Shown here piece by piece: positions 1-10,266 of a stretch of 64,000 nucleotides of DNA (positions within the stretch are counted from its first letter, which is position 1; every line of letters begins with the position of its first letter). The notes below the pieces were generated by a model, which was not told where the DNA came from, searched no databases, and saw only the letters and a list, made by a program, of their open reading frames with translations. Made by a program: the position numbers and the translations under genes. This stretch comes from Bispira polyomma (taxonomy: Eukaryota): contig OZ287760.1 in assembly GCA_965649765.1 (NCBI GenBank), forward strand, positions 17,298,001 to 17,362,000, written 5' to 3'.

Positions 1-2009
1 GTAAAAACACCATACAGATATTCCAACTGATTTATGCAATGTAAGGGCACGAGAACGTCATTAAGTGACTCGGCCAGTCTGTGTAGTTTACAAATGGCAA
101 TAAAGATTAAAAGCAAAATTAAAAGGTGTGGATTTTTACAGCTATTCATTCTCTTTATCATAAAAATGATCTCCACTATTTGTGATTAGTACCTAGAATA
201 TAAAATTACCTGAAATGTGTGTGACATAATATGATTTCAATTATACCTGTCTGTTACTAGTTTGGAAATGGAGATTTTATGTCCATGAGTACAATTGTTT
301 GCAATGGAGGTGGCAATAAAGCTAAAAGTGTTATAGCCATATCTCCACACTTAAACTACTATTTTAAGCAGCCCATAACAGCAACAACATGCTTTTAACA
401 CCTCCCATGCACTTCTCTACCATCATGCCTTTTTTGCCTTGTATATCACCTAGTTCCCATAAAATATCTATTTAGCGTTTCAGTTATACACACACGAGAT
501 AAAGAACCTTACCCGGCAATTAGGATTGCAATTGGCAATATCATCATAATACCTTTTATTAAATAAAGCCGTGCAGTGAAATTCACTGAAGATGTCATAA
601 ATACTTCATGCTTTTGATTATATTCAGTGATATTTAAAGCAAAACTTTAATGCTTAAGTTTGCTGAAATGAAGTCAATGCCTCTTATCCTATTCAATTAT
701 TATTGAGATACGTTGCAACCATATGCTTGTTAAAATGGTAAGGTATCATATATCTATGAGGTCAAATGTACTAGGAACTGTCTTATTTAAAATTATTATG
801 GAAATATAACATAAAAATTTTAAAAATGTCACAAAGTAAATTATCAAATCTTGAAACAACAAAGTTTATTTTCACATACAATGCAGTACAACTGCTTCTA
901 TACATTTCCAGAACACATAATGAAGATGTTACTTTCGTATTTTGAATGCATCAATGCCTGATAAAATGATCTGGTCATGTTAATTATATATGGATTTTAT
1001 GTTCAAGTTTTAGTTGCCCTAGATTATAAAGAAATGTTGTCTCATTCGACATTCAATTAAGTAAGTGTAATAAATTGTCAATGCACCTGTATAACATAGA
1101 TATCAGTTCATGCATGTATTATCTGTTTGTGTTGGTTGTGGTGTTTCTTGAAACCCTTCTGCATAAATTAACAGTGTAATTATCTTTAGATCCAATAGAA
1201 CCAGACATTACAAAGCAGGTAAGGTTTTATGATCACAGGAAGAACAAACACACACCGCGGTATTCGAGCTATATTTAGAAGTCAAGGATGTGTTAATCTT
1301 TTAAAAATAAAACTTATCTCATAAACCACTGGCACAGTTAATGGGTTATTTATTTACTACTGAACTCTTTCATTCAGCACGTGCAAAACTTGCTGCTTCT
1401 TTAAATGCCTCCCCCTCCCCTCTCCCTGACCCACCACCTTCATAAACTAGGAGGAATATGGCCATTCGCGGCACCTATATGCCCCCATAACAGCCCCATA
1501 AATAAGCCAGCCCGGCGTGAATATGCCCCTCTCTCTATGGTCTGTTTTTACCAGCCTTCTCTACACCAGTCAGTGTGTCCAGTGCTAACAATAATCACAA
1601 GCTACTACTAGTATCTAAGCACAGCCAGGGGAACATCAACAGTTAGTAGAGAGGGACGAGGTGGAAACAAAAAACAGAAAGGAGAGAGAGCTTATTTCAT
1701 AAAATGACACCACCAACCTGGTGGAAAGTGGGTTTAAATACCTGATGCCATAAATTATCTTAATGGCAACAACATAGTTCCCTCGTGTTTCTTGTAAGGA
1801 ATACGAGCAGTTATATGGCTAATCAATATATAGTCGGTCTATGTGTTGTCCAAAAGCCCACTACTGTGTTCTATTGCCTGATGAAGTGTGTTTCCTTCTT
1901 GTCATCTTTCTATTTTGGGGGTTGTTATGTAAGCAAACACGAAACCCCCTTACTTTTTTTGCAAAAAGTTAAACCTCGCTTTGTTGGTCTTGTTTGTTTT
2001 GTTTTTCTG

Positions 2010-2225
2010 CTACTTCAATATGGCGGCATGTTACACAACCCTAGGAACTGACTAAAGAGGCTCTCTCTCTCACTCACTGTTTGTGCAAGGCCAGAGCAGA
2101 AATTATGCTGTACTTCGTGATTGGCCGTCGCTTAGAGTTCGGGCTGCAAGCCTGGCAAGTTGTTGTTTCTGTATAAAATTTCCCCCAGCGCACTCCACTG
2201 CAAGAGAACTCACAAATCATTTGCG
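2010..2225 (+). promoter_or_regulatory. Putative Lox4 core promoter
   Basis: YY1/Pho-type AATATGGCGGC (2017-2027), (CT)n run near 2061, reverse CCAAT box GATTGG (~2119-2124), TATAAAA (2172-2178) and Inr-like TCATTT (2217-2222), about 600 nt upstream of the ATG. Confidence 0.55.
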
Positions 2226-2798
2226 GCCAGCCGGCTCGTATCTCAAAAGCAAAAGGGGGGCCTCTCTTATGATATAATATATATATATATATCTACACAC
2301 ACACACACAGTGTGTGCATTTAGTGTAGTATTATAGTCTAGTAATAATAATAATATATAATAGTGTGTGTGTATGTTGCTGCTGGTTTATTAATGGTATA
2401 TATAGACAGCCGAAGAAGAACGAGAGACTCGCCAAGAGGAGGGGGGCTGGTGGTTGTGTTTCGGTTTTAATGTGTTTCTGAGTGTGTGTGTGAGTGAGTG
2501 TTTATGACGATGCGTGCAAAAGGAGGAGGAGGAGGGGGCAGAATGAGGAGAAGAGAATAATAAAAAAAAACCAACAAGGGGACACTTTTATGATGAGGAT
2601 GATGGCAATATGGAGCTATAAACTTTGCTGTTGTATGTGTGTGCAGGAGGGGGCCTGATTACCACTACCAGTTCTCAACAAGCTAATATAACTACTACAC
2701 TGGTGCTTTACTACACTTTTTGACGACTTCTACACGACGACGCCTACTATACTATTTTATTACCAAGAGTGAGAGAAGAAAGACAGAGAGAAGAGACC

Positions 2799-3474
2799 AT
2801 GAACTCCTATTTCAACCACCACTCCTTTATGGGTGGAGGTGGCGGGGTGGGAGGGGGCGTCCTCCCTAACGACGGTTGCGGTGGCAACGTCCTCTCGGCG
2901 ACCAACTATTCGGCCAGGTATGACCACCACCAACTCGCCGCGGCCGCCACCGCGGGCAACCAGTCCCTGTACCATGAGAGCAACCATCAGGCCTCCTCTC
3001 AATACGCCCACTCCAGTAGCCCGGGACTAGGGGTGGGGGTCCCCAGTGGTGGTGGTCAGGGCAGCCAACAGCATCACCACGGCGGCGGCGGTGGGAACCT
3101 GCAGCCGCCTCTCGGAGACGGTGGTGTGTGTGGTGGGCGGGGAGTGGTGGGCGCCCCGCCGGAACTCAACAACGGCTTCGACAGCCCCCCTCAGGGCCAC
3201 CACCACCACCTCAGCTCCCCGACCGGGCACCACTGGGGTATGCAGGCATCGGCCCTCACCGCCAACCACCAGCAGGCGTCCCCGGGCAACGACTCCCACT
3301 ACCACGGCACCAACGGCAACGGGCTGGTCGTCTCCTGCGGGGACAGCAGCGCCTACAACCCGGGTTCGAGTCCCATCGGCCCCAACGTGGTCAACAGTAA
3401 CAACAACCCAGTGGCCTCAGGAGGAGGGGGACAGCAGCAAACCATTCCTTTTTACCCCTGGATGGGGGTCGTGG
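2799..3474 (+). CDS. Lox4: Hox gene Lox4 (Ubx/abd-A class), coding exon 1
   Basis: ATG at 2799 (GACCATGA context) opens MNSYF, the conserved Hox N-terminal SSYF-type motif as in Ubx. A Gly/His/Gln-rich region follows, ending in the hexapeptide FYPWM and GVV-G. Donor G|GTAGGT at 3474/3475 (phase 1) joins in frame to exon 2. Confidence 0.95.
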
Positions 3475-6282
3475 GTAGGTTATTATACAAACAAATGTAT
3501 TAATAATAATATATATATATATATATAATGTGTATATTAATCCAAAAGAATATACACCCCTGCATACATTTATGATCAGTAGCAGTGCATCCACACCCCA
3601 CTCCCTCTAATTAGTATTATAAGTGTGTGTGTGTGTTTTCTGTTGTATATAAATATTATAAAAAAGAAATCCCAACCATGTGTTTTAATGTTGACTTCTT
3701 TATGTACTACCACCAACTATTAACTAACTACCCACAACATTCCACCACTGAATTGAGTTTTTACTCGTTTTATGACAAACCATATGGGGCTATTTGTCAT
3801 CTCTTTTCCCCCTACAGTTAAAACATGTTTCAAAACACACACCAACATCATTTCCCCCTCACTCACTCTTGAGTTGGTTTTATGATTTTATTTATGAAGT
3901 TGTTCCAGCAAGGGGCTTTTGGTGCTGTGGTCGGTCGGTCGTAGTAGTATTTGTGGTGGTGGTTTATTAGCGAGTTAATGGGCCTGAGCACCCAACGTGA
4001 AGTGGCAGTTTATTGGCTATTGATAAGATGTATAAAGGGCAATTGGTTTTCATGATGGTGGTTGAAAATAAAAGAATACTCATAATAATCATAATGGTAC
4101 TATAAAAGGGGTATATAAAAGAGAGGGGAGTTGATTTTGTGAGTACTATATATATATATATATATATTATGGATAGTGTTACTACTACATCACTAATTAC
4201 CTCGTAACTATAACCATTAAGCCACACTATAACTTGCTCAATGAAGACGAGGGAATATAGAGAAGTGGGTCTGTTTTTATGTATATGGGCCAGTAACAGA
4301 TTCATTTGACTCTTGTCTTCTTTCTTCTTCTTTCTTTTTTTTGACATTATAACCAGCTGATTCCTGTGTCTGTTGCACATGACTGATGTGTGGATATATA
4401 TTACCCAGTTTTACTGCCACATTGCAAGCACAGTGAGGGGCGGATATTTCTCTTCTACACTTTAAGCACAATAATAATAATAAAGAAACAAAAAAACATT
4501 GTAAACACAACACACATGGGGAGATGAGCTATGATCGGCAGTAAATCTGTTATTAGTTTTATTTCTTTGGCCTGGCCTTACACAGGGAGAGTACCCGTTT
4601 TCTCCTATCTCTCCTCCCCCCCCCCCCCCCCCAGTCCCCTTCCATGTGCGAGCTATGAAATATTGGATATTCTATCAGACGGTGCTGCCCCTCGTGGGAA
4701 GTCTTAGAAATAGATGACAGGAGGAGAAGTAGGTATCCCAAGGTTTTTGTGTGTACAATGAAGCCTATATCTTTTCCATTTTCTCAGCGTGTATAATAAG
4801 GTCTACTCCTCCCATCTCCCCCCCATATGGTGGCTGGCTATGTAGAATGGTTGTGTCTGTTTTTCCTCCCCTGCAGAGAATTCGGTAGACAACTTGGTCA
4901 GATTCCCTTCATTGCCCACCTGGAACAGGTTTGATGATTACTATTATGATTCGTCCTGTCCTGTGCAATAAGTAAGTGGAGTTGTTCTGCTTACTGTGCA
5001 GTGTATGTGTTAGTAAAAAAATACTATGTATTAGCTCAGTATATGATTGTTATTAGTAGTCATTTTATGTGGGGACAGAAATGTTAGTATATGTCTCAGT
5101 TAGCATTTCTCCATCCTGTCGTGTGGGCTTGCATGTACACATGTGTACATCTATTTTGCCAAATTTCATTTTGAATTATTATTAAATCTGTCTTCAAAGA
5201 AAATCCAAAATCAGTTTACATTTAAATCTCCGCTGTTAGTATTTTTTTTCATTTACGTGGGTGAAAAAGAAGATCTGATCTATTTGTTTGTCTGTTGTAC
5301 TGATCTCTTGTGGGCTTGTTTATAGCCCTTAAATACATGTTTTTGTACACAATATAAGCTATCAATATTTACTAATTTCCTTATATTAAGCCTCAGAGTA
5401 AAAAAGTTTAAAACTTTTTTTGGAACAGAGCTGTTTGAATTGGACCTCTGAACTTCATGTATATAATGTAAAACACATTTAAAGCTTATGACACATTTAC
5501 CAGAGCGGACCTGTGTGAAGTCAGATTAATTTCAAAAATAACATCAGTTTTTTTGAAGTGAGGTATCCAGAAAATAATCAACTAACCATAAAAAATCTGG
5601 GGTGTAAGTATGGCTATAGATTATGTAACCCTATTCATGGGTGGTATGAGATTATTGTTATTTTACAGGGGAAAAGCACTTAGATCAAAGTTACCATAAG
5701 CTCTCTACCATGTCTTGATGCTTTTTTACCATATAATGGTACTTTAATTCTCCGAGTAGGTGTCAAATACACATGTAGACCTTAAAATACCAACAGCCAA
5801 TGATTTATTGGGCCCCAAAGCAAAGTGTGAATGGTCTATCTTACATTAGCATAAATGATATTGTACATACTTTTGCATTAACATTCAGTTGGTGACAGAC
5901 GCATGCTTATAAGCATATAGTGATATACTGCTTCACTATTTATCTGGTCATTTCAAAAGCCATGCAGTGGAATTTCGTTGCATGCCCAACATTGTCCAGT
6001 ATTACACCTTTAAACACAATGCCAGCTTATAACTACTATTTGAAAACACTGCAACAACAGCCCAATTGTTTTGACTGATGAAAAAGGTCCTGTCCAACAA
6101 ATGAGGCTTTTAAAATACAATATATAGCTTAAATTGTTTCCACATAACATTTTTTTTACAATTGCATTATAATAAATCCACAGCTTCTATTGAGCCTAAA
6201 TTAATTTACATATCGACTAATTAAACATAGTGACATACAAACATATTAAAAACATTCTAATTTAATACAGACGCAATACCTT

Positions 6283-6509
6283 CAGTGTATAGGGCATTTT
6301 ATGGTTGGGCCTGTTTTGGCGTCTTACCTGGTAGCTTTCCAGTGTATAGGACATTTTATGGTGGGCCTGTTTTGGCGTCTTACCTGGTAGCTTTCCAGTG
6401 TATAGGACATTTTATGGTTGGGCCTGTTTTGGCGTCTTACCTGGTAGCTTTCCAGTGTATAGGACATTTTATGGTTGGGCCTGTTTTGGCGTCTTACCTG
6501 GTAGCTTTC
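6283..6509 (+). repeat. Tandem minisatellite, 4 x 57 bp
   Basis: Units start at 6283, 6340, 6396 and 6453 (57/56/57/57 bp). Consensus CAGTGTATAGGACATTTTATGGTTGGGCCTGTTTTGGCGTCTTACCTGGTAGCTTTC; units differ by one substitution and one indel. Confidence 0.97.
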
Positions 6510-9500
6510 CAATGTCGGTGAATGTTACCAGCCAGAGGTGAACAAGTTTACCTGTGTTTCACACAGGATCAACATGTAGAGCAAAATGCATGACAGGGAG
6601 CATTTAGTCTTGAGGTCAGAGATCAAGCTGTAGCTGCCTTTTGATGTAGGTCGTAGACCTCTCAGACCCCCTATGGCCCAATATTGCCATGTCATTCATA
6701 AAAAAGGCCTTATTATTGTAAAGGCAACAAGTTGAATTATGATGAAAGCCAACCTCTCTATATGTAAGAACCACATCTAACGGTTGTAATGCCCTCATTT
6801 CCTAAGGGTTTGTGGTTTAAACTTCAGTTCTACTTTCACCAGTTCATGGACTCGGTCATAGATGCATTCCTCTGACTACAAAGTCACTCACAACTAGTCT
6901 ACATACACTGCAATGTTGCAGCTGTCTAATTAAGATTGTAATACAGGGACTTCATCCCCAAGAAAAGCACACAAAGTTAAGAGCCTGTTCTACATTCACT
7001 GTTGAAGGCCATAAGTGTTGGTGATTATTTACCTGAATAAGGTCAAAATATTAGGATTAGCTAGGAATAATACTTATGGAACCGTAGTATGACTATTATT
7101 TCCAAGAACACCAAGCCGAGTCACCCATATCTGTATGCCGCTACTGCATTGCTTTTAAGATTACTCTTAAGAGTTGCATGAGTAAACAAATGATGCCCAA
7201 CAAGTCTAAGATTGATAGATAATTGCACAAAGGAACACCCATGGTTGATCCAGCTCAAGCATATGTGACAAATAGGTGTACAACTATCTCAAGTAAACAT
7301 AGTTGGAAACACCATGAAATGGACAAAAATGTTCTCGGGCTGGACACGGATTGCCAAGAATAAACTGTTCCACGAGAAATATCTAAGAATTTCTTCTAAA
7401 TTACTCTAAAGCGAGGCAATATGTGACAGGACCTCAACATTTTAGGGGTTGGTCAAACAAACCGAAATACGCACGATTCATCAACTAAAACTAGGGTTAA
7501 AACATGGCATTTGAAGTATATACAAAGTTGTATATCCGACTGTAATGTCAACTGCTGTTCAAAGGGACCCCAACCATACAAATAAGAAATGTTAAGCACA
7601 AACTTTAGTTCATTATATAATTTGGTTATCCAGTGTGTTGGGTCTACATCCACTAAACTCCAGCAAGTGACATATTTGATTACACCAAGCTGTTAGATCT
7701 ATACACTTACTTCCTCATTAAGGTGGGCTTTTAGTGATATTACACTCTAGATAGGCTTTGATCACAGTTTACATAGTAGGCAATTCCATTATGAGATTAC
7801 CAAGGAACTTGTAAAAGGTATCAACCAGGAGCATAAAAATGGGAGTGCACATAACAACAAAAGGCCAGGGGGACACTATCGTTGGTCAGTGAGATCACAT
7901 TTGGTTTACATAAGTCAGAGGGAAATGGCTATTCTCTTGAGGCATGATGTTGGTGATATTTTCTTAACATACCCAATACTCAAACTTAAACTACCTCTGT
8001 GTTTGTATGTGAGAGACACAGTATTGAACTGTGAACATGGAAATGATCCAGCTGTTTCATCATTTTACAATTAACTGTTTCAAACAGAGCCAATATATTG
8101 TGTTGAACTGCAATATCTGAAAGTTTACAAGTGGGAGTATATATATATATATATATATATATGATGGGAGCCTTAAAAAGGATGTTCTCTGAAAAACTAG
8201 ATATCCAGATGCAGGCAAAGGGTCGCACTGGTGTCTGGTACAAGTTACACAGAGGGATTAGTTACCATAGCAGTCAAAGCCCAAGCTTTAACGAAAGTGA
8301 ATAACTGATGGCCAGTGAAAATTAACTTTTGTAAGAGGGCCAGGCGAATACAGACCTGCATTAAAATGATATGTATACAGTCCAGTAGTAATGACCACAA
8401 TGAGGGAATGGCATGATATGGTGACAGTGTGTGTAAACAATAAAGCTAGTACCAGATTGGAAAAGGGGCCAGTTACACTTAAAGGTTATATACACTAAAC
8501 ACAGGTTAAATAATTATAATAATGTTCAGAAATCTGTTTGTTAATGTCAACTACAACTAAAGACCCAAACCAAGTTTGTAAAGTAGGATTTATTATAAAT
8601 ATAGTACTTAAACACTGGTTTTAGAGTGACATATGAACACAAAGCTATATCAAGTACCTACATATTACAAGTAAGCGATTATTTTTTACATATATTAACA
8701 TATGTACAGATATAAACATTAAATAACATTGTATCACACATAAAGAGTTGAATGAGTGCACACGCTGTCCAGCTTCCAAGGACTCAGTTCGTTTAGAGTC
8801 TCTGATAATTTAGAGGAAGTCTCTTTCTTATCACCACAGTGATCACATTATCTCACAAGGCCAAGGGTGTGTGTGTGTGTGTGTGCGAGTGTTTTCCATG
8901 ACACAACTGTGGTTGTGTCAGTTGGGCCTGTCCAGTTCAAGGTTTTCTGCATGAAATATTGTCTTGTGATACAAGAACACCACCACCCCCACCAGCCCCC
9001 TATTTGATGTTCTCTACTAAACAAATCCCTCCCCCCCGGTACCTTCGTTTTCATGGCAATACCATAGCCCCAGGGGGAAAAGGGGGTGTTTCTCTCCTGT
9101 GACTTAGAGACCCCCCCCTTCCACCCCATTTATACAACACTCTGACTGTGGGCCTCATATGTAACAGATTTCCTCAGCACATGTATGCAAATCCACCCAT
9201 AAACTACAAGACCCTCACATTCGACCAACTTGGGGGCATTTTATGGTGAACATATCTTTTTGGTATCTAATATTTTTTTGTGAATCTCTGAATAAGTTCC
9301 CTCATCTCATCTGTGATGTGTGCATATTGGAAAATGTGACTTTTACAAGCCAGTATCATTGGTGCCATATGATCTTCCATGTGCAGCCCGATCAAACAGG
9401 ATTATTTGTATTTTCTTGTGTGCCACATGTTCTTCCACGTGCAACCTGAGCTAACAGAGGATTATTTATGTTATCTTGAAATAGATTTATTTGTCTGTCA

Positions 9501-10238
9501 TACTGTTTGTATGTCATATATGTATCAGGCAAGATATGTAATAACTATATTACATACTGTGTTTATGCCTTTGGAACTGAACAGTTGTGTACTCTGTACA
9601 GATTGTGCTCATATTGTTCTCCCAAACTCTACCTGTGTATCAACTTTAAAAGGTACTAAATCTTTGATATCTGTCACAAAATCTGTGAACATACTTGTGG
9701 ACATCAATTTTCTGTAATACATTGGGGAAAAAAGGCATACGTGAATATCTTGTCAGTATTGCACTGGGAAAAAACATAAACGCTCGAACACAGTTTAAGG
9801 ATACTACAGGATGGATAAAACTGCAGCATTTCCTTGTGAAATGAGTTATCATTATTGGATCTTGGAGAGGGCAGCATATGGATCAAAGCTAAGCTATGGC
9901 CATTTTGCTCTCAAACTTTCTGCTACACAATATGCCCTTCTACTCTACTTACACATGTATGAGGTGTTCAAGCAGACATCTGGCCCCTTTGTGCTGGTGA
10001 GTGTGTGATATACTGTGGAAAAACAGCACATCAAACTAGTATATTGTCAAGGTGTATATAAAGTGTAACACTTTGTACAGTGAACAAAGAATACACACTT
10101 GTGGTACTGCTGAAAAAAAACAACAAGAAGGTGTAAAATAGGAGACAGCATTACTTCTATTTACAGGTTACCCAAGTTGATTGTCGTAAACTTATGACTG
10201 CTTAGTTTAGTATTGTCATTGTTTTTAGAAAATGCAGC

Positions 10239-10266
10239 GGGGGTGGGGGTGGGGGTGGGGGGCGGG
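10239..10266 (+). other. G-quadruplex-forming motif in Lox4 intron
   Basis: G5-T-G5-T-G5-T-G6-C-G3 on the sense strand. Confidence 0.6.

Noticed and set aside
2769-2798. GTG-initiated N-terminal extension in the ORF track
   Set aside because: The ATG at 2799 has good context and begins the conserved MNSYF motif.
2760-3594. Overlapping alternative-frame and antisense ORFs over exon 1 (e.g. 3046-3528 +, 3027-3305 -)
   Set aside because: Expected shadow ORFs of a GC-rich coding exon; no recognisable protein motifs.
6283-6509. CRISPR-like array or repeat-encoded peptide
   Set aside because: Head-to-tail units without spacers in animal DNA; the ORFs are by-products of the repeat and are frameshifted.
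6560-8480. Possible ancient minus-strand LINE in the intron (faint GVP- and APG-like traces)
   Set aside because: Too decayed to support by eye; needs an HMM search against RT profiles.
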